Assembly (NCBI RefSeq): GCF_001194135.2
Contig: NC_068987.1
Location: 103,879,410-103,943,409 of the forward strand
Source of the DNA: Octopus bimaculoides
Taxonomy: Eukaryota
Length of the DNA stretch: 64,000 bases
Reading direction: 5' to 3'
The translations under genes were made by a program, and so were the position numbers. Every line of letters starts with the position of its first letter. Position 1 is the stretch's first letter. This document shows, piece after piece, positions 26,437 to 37,945 of the stretch. Below the pieces are notes generated by a model. It made no database searches, had not been told where the DNA came from, and saw nothing but the letters and a program-made list of their open reading frames with translations.

Positions 26437-29400
26437 CTGTATGTATATCATTGCAAGTGAGATACATGAAATCAGTTTCTGATGAAAAGATTCACCTCCT
26501 GATGTGGAAAGGTATGACCTTAACACTTTAGAAACATAGTGTTTTTAATTTATAGTAACCAATAATTATACACCTATATTGCTTATGAATTGGGACCGTT
26601 TTCATGAATCTTCTTTGTTTTATTTTTAGGTATCTCGTGTCATTCAGCCCTCTACAGGAGACTAAAGATGACCCTCAAGCTATTATTATTTGGGATATCC
26701 GTACTGGTCATAAGAAGAGAAGCTTCCACTGTGAAAACCAATCAACTTGGCCTGTATTTAAGTAAGTTCATCTCTTCTGTGTGTTAGAAAAGTAAAAGTA
26801 CCTTGTAGTAACAGCTGGTCGTGAGTGATGGTCAGTATTATAAGTGTGTGTACTGAGAATGGGTGGTAGCTGAACCATAAAGACTCTGGAAGAAGTAGTA
26901 AATTGTATTTGGACCTTGTAGGCAACAAATAAAGGCTTCTGACCAGTGATGGCATACTGTACAACCCATTATTTCAAAAGGGTTTGTCTGACAGTGATTA
27001 ATACCTCCTACAGAACTGGTGTATGCCATGAATGTAGCTGCTGTTCAAAGAATTGTTTAACCTGCTTTATTGTTCTGTATATACACTTTAACAGTGGTGT
27101 CCATGTTTTAAAAACAGTTTGCTCTGTGTGATGCATTGCACTCACTGACTGCACACTCCCTTCTCACTCTTAAGGTGGTAGATTTTTGGCATGTCTTTTC
27201 TTGAATCACCACTTGCTTTATTAACCTAAACCTTTGTAAGACACTTTTTGAATTCCTAAGACGATTTGGAGGGTAAAGGTACAATTTATAATCAGTTAAC
27301 ATGGCAGGTCAGTGATTAGTCCTTTAGCTTTTAAACCGCTCTATCCAGCCAAAATGTTCTATGTGTCTAGGTTCAAACTGGCCTGATCTAGTCTCTCACA
27401 TCTACTCTACAATATCATTCTAACAATATTGCATGATTAATTCAAAGCTGTATGAATAAATAAGCATTGCTTTCATAGAGTAATCTGAATGCTGCCAGGA
27501 GTTTTGAGAGGATTTACTCTTATGAGCTGCATCTATCCTCATCAGAAACCTAACTGGAAGTTTTTTGTAGAATTCATTATTTGGGAGAAACAGTCAAATC
27601 GGATTATATATATCAGTCAATAGCTCAGTTTGCAGGTTGTTCCTTGGAAAGCCCTTAAGAGACCTTTTCCGCTAATTGTACTAAGTAGAAGTATTAAAGA
27701 AGGGTTTAGATGTGCATAAATTAGTGTAATAACTATTACTTTCAACTCGTCTATCTCTCTCACCTCATTAATCGTTGTGAACTGAACTTAGCCCCTTATT
27801 TTTGCTTTCAGGTGGAATAAGACAGGTGAATATTTTGCCAGGCTTGGAACTGATGCTCTCAGTGTGTATGAAACACCTGTAAGTATTTAATTTTACATCA
27901 AATATTGATTGAATTTTCAAAGGCTATAAAATTAGGGTACAGCATGATTAACTATTTAATACTCCTTGCATTAAATATTTTAGCACTGAGTATTGTTCTT
28001 CATGCAACCAACGTTTATGAGTAATTCCGTGAACCATTCTATTTATCCCTATCACTATGCATTTATATTTGATTCTCCTGTCTCAACCTTGGCAACAACA
28101 GCACATTATATTTTGGAGTTGTCTCCCATACTTGCGTACATAATATTTTGGAGTTGTCTCCCATACTTGCGTACATTATATTTTGGAGTTGTCTCCCATA
28201 CTTGCGTACATAATATTAACAGTTTTCGTAAACATTACACTGTTATTACTTTGCACACATAAGCAAAAGTAGAGCATTGTAGTGGTCGCGCGTCTTTTTG
28301 TTTGCAAATTTATTGGAAAACGGCTGAGCGGATTTTCACCAAATTTGGCAGAAATACTCATTGGCTTGAACTATCGGTTTCCAGGCCCTTCACAGATTTT
28401 CCTAGATTGGATAGACTAATGGGATTGGCTAGTCGTTATTTTCTTAATCCCGTGGTTTTTCTGCCATTCTACATTCTTCTCTTTAACCATAATCTTTAAC
28501 TTCAAACCAAAGCAACACTCCAATTTAATTTATCCTCATTACATTACTGGTACATAATAACCAACCCCAAAAGCACTGGAGACAATCTGGTTAAATACTC
28601 TTGTTGCTACCAATATTAGAATCACTGTTCACAAAATGAGGTATGGATGTTAAAAGACGATGATGATGACTACTTTTGTTGTTACTTTAACAGTCAGGAT
28701 ATTTATATATCATTGATTTCTTATAAATAATTCATTCTCAAAAATTTGCCATACACATTGATTATTGCTATATTTTTTGTGTCTTTCAGTCGTTTGGTTT
28801 ACTTGAAAAGAAAAGTTTAAAACTACCTGGCATCAAGTAAGCTATTGTTCTTTTCGGTTATATTATCATTAATTGTTGCCTACAGTATAACTACGGGTGT
28901 GTGTTTCAAATATTGCATCACACATACATGTATATGTGTGTATTCTTTTATTTGGTTTAAGTCATTTAACTGTGGCCATGCTGGAGCACCACCTTTAGTC
29001 AAACAAATTGACCCCAGGACTTATTCTTTGTAAGCCTAGTACTTATTCTATCGGAATCTTTTGCCGAACCGCTAAGTGACGGGGACGCAGGCACACCAGC
29101 ATCGGTTGTCAAGCGATGGTGGGAGGACAAACACATATATATACATATATATACGACGGGCTTCTTTCAGTTTCTGTCTACCAAATCCACTCAAGGTGTT
29201 GGTCAGCCTGAGGCTATAGTAGAAGACACTTACTCAAGGTGCCATGCAGTGGGACTGGACCTGGAACTATGTGGTTGGGAAGCAAACTTCTTACCACACA
29301 GCCACTCCTGTGCATATGTTTATATATTTTTGATTGAAGTCTCTCCTGCAACACCCGGCTATCTTTAAGATAATTTGTTATCCCTATTTTTGTAAAAGAA

Positions 29401-30418
29401 TTGTCACCATTCAAATCCTACAAAGCTTCCCTCAGATATCTTCTCACATCTGTTTATGTAAAAGATCATTTATTCTGCAACAGATTTGGGTTGGGCAAAA
29501 TGACTTGGAGCAATTATCTTTTTGTTCTGAGTTGAAATCTGGCCAAGTTCAAATTTGCTTTTCCTCCTTCTAGTATAAATTGAGTAAGTAACAATCTGGC
29601 AGTGAATTTCATATATTCAGTTATATCTCCTGTCAGCTGTGGCCTTGTTCCTAAGTTAGAAGTAAGGGTTGTGGTTAGTTAACTGGTAACCCATCAGGCA
29701 AAATGCTTTGCAGTATTTAGTTGGGTTCTGAATTGAAATCCTGTGATTGCCCTTTGCCCTTTATTTTGCTACATTCATAATTTATAAGTACCACCCAAAT
29801 ATTGGAGTTGATATTTATCAGCTGTACCTTATCCAAAATGTGTAGCATTGTGTTTGGCTTAGAAATCATTATTATTACTGAAATGGGCATTGATTTTTTT
29901 TTTTTTTTTTTTCCCCCTTCTCTCGTTTCTTTTCTTTACTAATCTTTTTGTCTTTACTCCATTTAGGGATTTCACTTGGTCTCCAACAGACAACATCATT
30001 GCTTACTGGATGCCAGAACAGCAGAATGTTCCAGCTCGGGTGGTGTTAATTAGTATACCGAATCGAACAGAACTATGCAAGAAAAACTTATTCAATGTAG
30101 CAGATTGTAAGATGCATTGGCAGAAATTGGGAGATTATTTATGTGTCAAGGTTGACCGTTATACTAAAGCTAAGAAAGTGGAAGAAAAAGACCAATACAA
30201 ATACAGGGTAAGTGCCAATAAAGATACTTTATATTTTTACTATTATTACTTCTCACACACCCCACCCCACCCCAACAAACCAATCTTCTGCATCTCTTCT
30301 TTTCTTCCTCCAGTCACTATACCTACCTCTCACTCCTCAATCCTGTCCCTCTATCATTGCTATGTGTAACTTTGTATTTCCTTTGTGGCAGCGCACCTGC
30401 TCATGTCTTCATTCCTGA

Positions 30419-30484
<66 letters not shown>

Positions 30485-31916
30485 CAAGTAACTTTGTATC
30501 TCCTCTACAGCAACACACCTGTTTCTGTTTCACGATAACCTTTCATCAGCTGACACAAGATCACCTTCTCCAATGCCCCCTCCCCTCTCAAAAGATATTT
30601 GTCTTGCAGGTGACTTGGTGACCCTGTCAGTGCAGGTGCCACTTAAAAAGCATCCAGTCCACACCAAAATAGCTACAGAAGTCTGGTGCAGGTTTCTGCC
30701 TGACTGACTCCTGTCAAACCGTCCCACCCATGCCAGCATCGAAGGTAGACATTAAATGGTGATGATGAGGTTTATATATCTACTGTGACTATACAGTGTG
30801 ATATTGTTGTGTTCTTATTGTCGGTTCTTTAAATGTGACATCAACCAGGCAATAGATCTAATATATTTGTATTCATTTCTTTACTTTCCAGGGAATCTCT
30901 TATAACTTTGAATTGTTCAGGATTCGTGAGAAACAAGTCCCTGTTGATAAAATTGAAATCAAAGGTACCTCATAAATGACTTTTCTTATTAAATCGTTAT
31001 TGACATATATCACTGTTATCTAACCCTTCTCCCTCCCTCTCTCTCTACCTCTCTTCCTTCCCTCCCTAATTCTATGTTCTCGTGTGAACCATAATTATTA
31101 CCATATTTTAACGTGATATAAAGAACCCTTTTTTGTCAAAAGTTAGGTTAAAAAAATATGGGAGTTTCTTATTGTATTATAATCCCTTACAAAACCTTTT
31201 TCCCAAATTTTAAGCCCAAAAATTAGGGAGTCCCTTATACACATTAAAATACGGTACTTCTTGACAATTTTATCAATGTTACTAGCCAACAGAAGTGATT
31301 AAAATTGTAGACATAAGGATGGCTGTGTGACAAGAAAAGTTTGCTTGGCAACCATGTGGTTATGGGTTCAATCCCATGTTGGAATACGATGGCAAAATGC
31401 CTTCTAATGACCAGTGCTTTATGAATTTTATAGATGAAAAGCCCATCGTATAGATGTGTGTTAATGTGTTTGAGAATACTTACATTCTGTCATCATATGA
31501 CCTACAGTTTGTGTTCTCCTTTGTCATTTTCCTGTCAACAAATTGTCTGGTTTCTCTGCACTCCTGAAGATGTAAGGAATGAAAAACTCAGTTGCTTGGA
31601 AAACAGCTAAGGGTTAGCAGTTGGGAGGGTTTCCAACAGTAAAGATACTGTAACAGTATATATTCGTTTAATGCTTGCCAGTATGGGAAATTGGATGTAA
31701 AAACAAAACAAATGTGAGAATGCAACAACGTGGTTTATGTCACATTTGTGTCATGCTGATCCGACTTGAGAGTTACTTTGTTTGCACTTGAATTATTCAA
31801 CTACATTCCACTCTAACTCAGTGAGTGAAGTCATTCACTTTATCAAACAACTAGACAAGGCATAGAGAGACTGGCTTAATGGACTTTATGAAACGCATGA
31901 CAATGAAAAATTACCT

Positions 31917-31953
<37 letters not shown>

Positions 31954-34900
31954 TGCAGCTCACCGTATGGTCAGTCATGCCTTATGTAACCTACTTACCA
32001 TAAAAAAAAAAGGTTCCCCATACTTGAAGTAGTCACTCGTATGATGAAATCGATGGGAGGAGTTATTACGTTGTATGTATTAGTATCAGCATGCGATGGT
32101 GACTTCTGTAGAAATAGTAACCAAAAAGAAAATGGAGATTTTGAATTGAAATTTTTTCAAATATATGATGGTTGGGGTGTTTGCTTGACCATTTATCAAA
32201 AGTTGCAACCAAAACAAAGGTAAAAGAATATATTTTTCAAGGTCTACAAATATTAGCACTTCTTATATTTGCTTTGTTTTAGTTGAGATAAATGGTTGAA
32301 TGTTAAAGTGAATCAAGGTGTTGTTCATGTTAAATTATATATATTTCATATTTTCCCTCTCTTTCTCATTGATTTCAGAAAGTATAATTGCATTTGCTTG
32401 GGAACCCAACGGAAGTAAATTTGCTTACATCCATGGCGAGGTCCCTCGGATATCAGTCACATTCTGTAATATTCGACCTGGGGGTAAAGTGGAAGTTTTA
32501 AGTGAGTAATTTTTTAATATTGTTGTTGTTATTATTTCTAAGGTGGTAAGCTGGCAGAATCATTAGCACACCGGGCAAAACGCTTAGAAGGTAAAGACAG
32601 GTGAAATACCACTGAGTTCAAATTCTGCTGAGGTCAACTTTGCCTTTCATCCTTTCGGGGTTGATGAATTAAGTCCCAGTTGCGTACTAATTGACTATCT
32701 CCCTCCCCCAAATTTCAGGCCTTGTGCCTATAGTAGAAAGGATTATTATTATTTAGGATGGCGGTCATCATCATCATCATCGTTTGTGACAGATAAAATA
32801 CTCTGTGGTATTCCTTCAGGCTATTTGCATTGTGAGTTCAAATCCTGCTGTGATCAACTTAGCTTCTCGCCTCTCAGGGATTGATAAAGTACTAGTATAT
32901 TAGTTAGATTGATGGCATCAACTAACCCCATCCCCTGAAAATTGCTGGCATTGTGCCTAAATTAGAAACCGCCATTATTGTTGCTGAGGGCCAGCTGGCA
33001 GAATCATGAGCTAATCAGACAAAATGCTCAGCAGCATTTCTTCAAACTCTTTACATTCTCAGTTCAAACTCTGCCGAGGTCAGCCTTGCTTTCATCCTCT
33101 CAGGATTGATGAAATAACTACCAGTTGAACAGTGAAGTCAGTATAATTGATTTACCCCTCCATTAAACTTGCTGGCCTTGTGCCAAAATTTGAAACTACA
33201 TCATTGCTGAAGGTGGCAGCCAACACAGTAAAGCTTCGATTTTTCCTTTTCATCCTTCCGGTGTGTCGTGCCTATGTGAGAAATTATTGATAGTGTTCTG
33301 CAAGTTTTTCGCTGTGATCAGATATATTTCTCTCCAAATCTGGTTATGGCTGAGTTGTTCTTGTAAAATGCACTGGGCTACTTAACTTGGAGTCATGAGT
33401 TCATCACAGTAATTATGTTACATCATTGGGTGTAAAACAAGACTATTTGTCTGGTTACAAAAAAACTGCCCCACAGAAGAGCTTAATTTGATTTACTTAT
33501 GTAGTGAATAAACAACGACCTTAATATATTGTTATTTTAATAATTACACATTCTAAGTTGTATTGTAAATACTGGTCAAGTTCTGAGTTGTATTTCAGTC
33601 CAACTGGACTCAGTTTTAATATAATTTAGAAATATGATTGTGCATGGTGTATATAGCCAGAGAATTCTTATTGAAGCTTAGAACAGATTTCTTCTTTGAA
33701 TTATGTAACACTGATGTAATTGTATGGAGCTCGCTTGTGTATTGTTCTTATTTGTAATCAGTTCATTTCATTTTGTTTATTTATTGTTTCCTTCTTCCTT
33801 GACTTACCATAGAAACACTTGAGAAACGACAAGCCAACCATCTATTTTGGAGCCCAGCAGGGCAGTTTATTGTGCTAGCTGGACTTAGGAGGTTAGTATC
33901 TTACACAGTTAACTCCTGTCTTTGTAACTAGTAGCATGCACATGTGTGTGAGTGAGTATGTACAGGTGTGGTAGGAAGTGGGTTCACTCCCTCTGTGTAG
34001 AATCTTGGGCAAGTGTCTTCTATATCCCTGGGTTGACCAAGACCTTGTCAGTGAATTTGGTAGAAGGAAGCCATGCATGTGTTAGGGTCTCCTTGCCATG
34101 ACATTCTTAGCCTTCCATGGAAACGTGTCTGGTCTTTATGAAATATTACTTTACTTGGAAATGGGACAGTTGGTGACAGGAAGGGAAATTTTAGCCATAG
34201 AAAATCCACCTCAGCAAATTCCATTTGACATATGCAAGCATGAAAAAGTGGATGTTAAAACGATGATGAAGGTATATATACATATTCTTTCATTAGCTGT
34301 GCCGTTCTAGAGCACTGCTAATAACCAGGCTGAATATATGTCCAAGCATGACTTATCCATGTGGTTTCTGGTTCATCTCACTGCATGGCACCTTTTGAAT
34401 AGAATTTGGTAGATGGGAATTGTACAGGATCCTTTGATCAATGGTGACATTAACAATTCTTGTAAATAGTATGCCCTGTAGCTTGCTCAGTGAAATAAAA
34501 GATGAGGATTGGTGGCAGGAAGGACATAAAATTCTGCCTCACTGAGTCCAATACATGCCAGTAGAGGAAAAGCCGGTATTATAAAAAAAAGAGCAATGAT
34601 GATGATATGGGATAATATAGCTCTGTTTATAAGCTTAGACTACATATTGTAGTCAATCATGCATACTGAAATACAAATAAACTGTATACATAAATTGTAT
34701 TACAAATATGGTTAGATTGCAAGCTGTTACAAATATTCATTGTCAGGGAAGTAATAGAATGTAGATTTTTTTTTTTAGTAGAATGGAAAGTAATCCTCTC
34801 ATCACAAGAAGTTCTTTATTTCATCTCGTTGTGAGGGCTCCAACATCTTCATATCCGACTTAATTGGTCCCTTCACTTTATCTTCTTAGGCTCAATAATA

Positions 34901-37223
34901 AGAAATAAGTTCTCAAAGAAAATAACACCAATGTAAATTGATAGAATTTATATAGTAAAATACAGGATGGCAAAATTTGGATCGATTTTGGGTGAAAATT
35001 AATTAGCATTCAGTAGTATATGGCCCAGGTTAATAAATAAATATATTTGTATTAAAAGTAATTGTTTTAGTTAATTTCATTTGTGTGAATGAATCAAGCT
35101 GTTGCATTTATGACCAATGTCACTTTGAAGTTGATTTTAAATACAATTCTTTGAAAAATACTTTTAAGAGAATTGAATGAAACTTTCCTGATAGTCGGTT
35201 TTGCTGAACCACTAAGTTACTGACACGAAGACATATCTACAAGTTTCATTCAGTTTTCATTCACCAAATCCACTTAGACGGCTTTGGTCAGCCCAAGGCT
35301 GCAGAAGACACTTGCCCAACCCGGAACCATGTGGTTGGGAAGGGAGCTTCTTACCACACAGCCATGCCTAGCCATGCCTAGCATGGAAAATGGATGTTAA
35401 ATGATGGTGTTGAGATATAGATAGGTGTAGGTAGTGATGTCTTGATTAGTGTCACCTCTTTGATTCTCTTTCTCTACAGCTTGAATGGCATCTTGGAGTT
35501 CATTGACACTAATGACATGACTGTGATGGCTCTCACGGAGCACTTCATGTCTACCGACGTGGAGTGGGACCCAACCGGTCGATATGTTGTCTCTGGCGTC
35601 AGTTGGTGGGGACATAAAGTAAGTCGTTGTTTCACTCCATCTCTCTCTCTCTCTCTCCCCCCTCTCTTATATGTATTCTTCCTCTACTTCCTGATGTCAT
35701 CTTGATGGGTGTACTGGGATCACTGATCAAAATCTTTAAATTCTTAAATATTAGCAATTATTATCATAATCATCATCACCCTCATTAAATTTTTTGTTTT
35801 GTATGTTTCAGGTGGACAATGCCTATTGGATTTGGACATTCCAGGGAAGACTTCTGCAGAAGCAGTCCCTGGATAGGTTCTGTCAGCTGCAGTGGCGACC
35901 CCGGCCCCCAAGCCTTTTGACAAAGGATCAACTTAAAGATATTAAGAAGAATATGAAGAAATATTCCACACAGTTTGAAATTAAGGATAAGATGAGCCAA
36001 ACAAAGGCCTCAAAGGTTTGTAACTCTTTGCTGACTGAAACTCTCCCTCTGTTTAATGGACTTAGCTGACAGGGCATGGAAATTTGTAGTTATTTTCTCT
36101 GTACAATAGCTTAGGATTTCAGTAGATCAAAGTTCAGTTTACCATATTGCTAAAGCATGTTTATTTCATTCATCACATTTCCAGATTCTTGATTATTGTG
36201 AAAATTTCCAGTTTGTTGTTGTAACACCTTACCAGTTAATTATTGTGTTAGTGCATATGCTGTTGTGTAAGTGTGTGTATGTGAATATGGATGTCGTCAT
36301 TTAACGTCATCTTCCATGCTGACATGAGTTTGACAGGTGGGCAGGAGCTGCACCAGGCTCCATCCTCTGCTTTGGCATGGTTTCTACAGTTGGATGCCTT
36401 TCCTAATGCCAACCACTTTATAAAGTGTACTGGGTGCTTATGTGGACACCAACACTTATGTATGTATGTGTGTGTGTATATACTGTAGCATGGGTTTATA
36501 TCTATATGTAGGTATGTTTGTGGAAAATTTATAATGAACTTTTATCCTGCTGCATTAATGATAGATATGGTGTATATGTCTTCTCAATGCTTCCTGTCTT
36601 ACTATACAGATTATCTAAAAGTATTGTCCATTGTGTGGCTGATAAATTTGGTATTTGTGCTCTTGTATATTTAAGGGATCCATGATGTTTGTGTATGTGC
36701 TAAATATTACAGTAACTTTATTATTCTTCCTTTGTAGGAGATGATTGAGAAACGGCGCAAGATGCTGGCTGACTTCCGGCAATATCGTGCTGACAAGGAA
36801 CAAGAGTACGCTCAATACCGAGAGAGAAGAATAACTCTTAGAGATGGTAAGTTGGTTTGTTAGTTTTACGAGGTGGATCTGCTTGCTTTGCCACTGCAGG
36901 CCTTCAATAGTTTGTTGACTTTTCATTTTATACACTTTTTGATAAAAATATGATTTGATATTTTTCTAATGATGGCAAGTGCTCTACACTTAATCAATTA
37001 GGTATTCTTCCTACAAATAATGTATTTGTAATCTGGATTCCATCGATGCACCCATTACTCTTTTCTACCTCACTTTGATGCTCTTGGTGTCTAATATCTC
37101 ATACGTATTATTTGTTTTGCTATTTCAGGCCATGATACAGACTCTCAGGCCAACAACCCAGACAACTACATTGACGAGACTATTGAATTCCTGTTGAGTG
37201 TTGAGGAAATTGTTCTCGAGTAA
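8548..37223 (+). CDS. EIF3B: Eukaryotic translation initiation factor 3 subunit B, whole gene span (17 coding exons, 2118 nt, 705 aa)
   Basis: Exons join in frame with GT-AG introns. Hallmark motifs: [19 protein letters not shown] (VVVVDNVP...KGYVFLEY), [46 protein letters not shown]. Confidence 0.98.
16633..16845. mobile_element. piggyBac-like MITE (TTAA TSD)
   Basis: TTAA|CCCTTTAGCATTT ... AAATGCTAAAGGG|TTAA. Confidence 0.85.
16888..17340 (-). mobile_element. 3' end of RTE-type LINE containing a 42-bp minisatellite
   Basis: Begins CATCATCATCAT...TCCATGCTGGCATGGGTTGGAC (reverse of the shared tail); 42-bp unit repeated about 3.5 times at 17178-17330. Confidence 0.8.
18370..18562 (+). CDS. 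EIF3B: eIF3b exon 2 (RRM start)
   Basis: TCTCAG| [45 protein letters not shown]...ENKG |GTGAGT. Confidence 0.96.
19835..20051. mobile_element. piggyBac-like MITE, duplicated copy of 16633-16845
   Basis: TTAA|CCCTTTAGCATT ... AATGCTAAAGAG|TTAA; near-identical interior. Confidence 0.85.
20156..20275 (+). CDS. EIF3B: eIF3b exon 3 (RRM)
   Basis: TTTCAG| [39 protein letters not shown] |GTAAGT. Confidence 0.96.
21961..22879. mobile_element. ~920-bp non-autonomous piggyBac-like element
   Basis: TTAA|CCCTTTAGTATTCAGA ... TCTGAACACTAAAGGG|TTGT: 16-bp TIR with 1 mismatch, right TSD degenerate. Confidence 0.6.
23127..23184 (+). CDS. EIF3B: eIF3b exon 4
   Basis: TTCTAG| [19 protein letters not shown] |GTAAGA. 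Confidence 0.95.
23880..24095 (+). mobile_element. RTE LINE 3' tail copy
   Basis: CACTCTGTAAAGTGGTTGGCATTAGGAAGG...CCAACCCATG...TTAAATGATGATGA. Confidence 0.75.
24430..24561 (+). CDS. EIF3B: eIF3b exon 5
   Basis: TTGCAG| [44 protein letters not shown] |GTAAGT. Confidence 0.95.
25226..25383 (+). CDS. EIF3B: eIF3b exon 6 (beta-propeller)
   Basis: TTACAG| [52 protein letters not shown] |GTAAGT; absent from the supplied ORF track. Confidence 0.96.
26630..26761 (+). CDS. EIF3B: eIF3b exon 7
   Basis: TTTTAG| [43 protein letters not shown] |GTAAGT. Confidence 0.95.
27812..27878 (+). CDS. EIF3B: eIF3b exon 8
   Basis: TTTCAG| [22 protein letters not shown] |GTAAGT. Confidence 0.95.
27990..28400. 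mobile_element. Possible Helitron/DINE-like non-autonomous element with internal 35-bp minisatellite
   Basis: GGAAAACGGCTGAGCGGATTTTCACCAAATTTGGC resembles the block typical of such elements; similar blocks at ~690-770 and ~1505-1600. Confidence 0.35.
28103..28217. repeat. 35-bp tandem repeat, ~3.3 copies
   Basis: ACAT(T/A)ATATTTTGGAGTTGTCTCCCATACTTGCGT; period 35 (TTTTGG at 28111, 28146, 28181). Confidence 0.95.
28790..28836 (+). CDS. EIF3B: eIF3b exon 9
   Basis: TTTCAG| [15 protein letters not shown] |GTAAGC. Confidence 0.94.
28950..29312 (-). mobile_element. tRNA-derived SINE with internal TA/CA microsatellite (abundant family)
   Basis: Minus-strand head GGAGTGGCTGTGTGGTAAGAAGTTTGC...GTCCAGTCCC; body AAGAATAAGTCCTGGGGTCAA...GCTCCAGCATGGCCACAG. 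Other copies or parts at ~3640-3842, 6615-6815, 21275-21390, 35205-35370, 53050-53225. Confidence 0.8.
29967..30207 (+). CDS. EIF3B: eIF3b exon 10
   Basis: ATTTAG| [27 protein letters not shown]...[34 protein letters not shown] |GTAAGT. Confidence 0.96.
30290..30770 (+). mobile_element. RTE LINE 3' end, same subfamily as 50635-52900
   Basis: Aligns by eye to the reverse complement of ~50640-51230 (GACACAAGATC...CCCCTCTCAAAAGAT...GTCAGTGCAGGTGCCAC) and ends in TGATGATGA. Confidence 0.75.
30892..30964 (+). CDS. EIF3B: eIF3b exon 11
   Basis: TTCCAG| [24 protein letters not shown] |GTACCT. Confidence 0.95.
32379..32501 (+). CDS. EIF3B: eIF3b exon 12
   Basis: TTTCAG| [41 protein letters not shown] |GTGAGT. 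Confidence 0.96.
32540..33260 (+). mobile_element. Tandem cluster of about 4 copies of a second tRNA-derived SINE family
   Basis: Repeated GCTGGCAGAA...GAGTTCAAA(T/C)TC...GAGGTC...TTTCATCCT...GG.TTGAT units. Confidence 0.75.
33813..33891 (+). CDS. EIF3B: eIF3b exon 13
   Basis: CCATAG| [25 protein letters not shown] |GTTAGT. Confidence 0.95.
35480..35618 (+). CDS. EIF3B: eIF3b exon 14
   Basis: CTACAG| [46 protein letters not shown] |GTAAGT. Confidence 0.96.
35812..36015 (+). CDS. EIF3B: eIF3b exon 15
   Basis: TTTCAG| [36 protein letters not shown]...[11 protein letters not shown] |GTTTGT. Confidence 0.96.
36290..36450 (-). mobile_element. RTE LINE 3' tail copy
   Basis: TTTAACGTC...CCATGCTG...GGATGCCTTTCCTAATGCCAACCAC. 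Confidence 0.7.
36738..36846 (+). CDS. EIF3B: eIF3b exon 16
   Basis: TTGTAG| [36 protein letters not shown] |GTAAGT. Confidence 0.95.
37129..37223 (+). CDS. EIF3B: eIF3b exon 17 (last coding exon, TAA stop)
   Basis: TTTCAG| [31 protein letters not shown]. Confidence 0.93.
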
Positions 37224-37939
37224 TCCACTTCCGGCAGAAGAAACACTTTTTTTTTTTTTTTGGTTTTTTTTTACTCATTCACACGCCACATTATTATTAA
37301 TTTGTTTTATTATCTTTTTTCCCCCCTGTTAGAATTATTTTTAATGCCATCAGACAAGCTTGACTTCCAGAAATAGATTGTCACTGCTAATCAGATGATG
37401 ACGACAGCACTCTCTTCGACTGTCTCTTTCTTATCCACTTCTTTGTCTGCTCCCCGTGTCATGGCGGTACCCAGGGTAGGGTTCGGCCGCACCTGCAGGT
37501 GTTTGTTTCAACAAGGAACAACTATGAAGATGGCAGCAGCAGTACCACCGGTTTCAATGTTGTCTAGAAGTCTGTTGTGTGTCTCTTGTTCGTCATCCAT
37601 AGCAGCCATGGTCTCAAAGTTGTTGCAGTTGTCTGGACATGGTCTTAGTGGACTGTTACCTCCTAATGCCACGCTGATTCACTACACTGCTCTGTCCCTC
37701 AATTTACTATTCGGACACTTCTCCGGGCTCTTCCCAGCCCCATTCCGGTTATGGAACTGCCATCTAGACTTTACTGAAAACATTGACCATTTTCTTTGTT
37801 CTAGCTATACATTTGGTGGGTTGGACGGGTGGGATGTGGTGGAAATAAAGCCCCTAATTACTTGTACACATGTCTTTTGTATTTCTCTTTCCAAACTCGG
37901 AAGTTCAACTGTGGGTTATAACTGATCCTGCAGGCCTGC

Positions 37940-37945
37940 AATAAA
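37940..37945 (+). terminator. Candidate polyadenylation signal of eIF3b
   Basis: AATAAA about 720 nt after the stop; other AATAAA hexamers occur nearby (e.g. 37844, ~38093), so the used site is unknown. Confidence 0.35.

Noticed and set aside
28103-28217. CRISPR-like array
   Set aside because: 35-bp units are contiguous with no spacers; eukaryotic intron; no cas genes.
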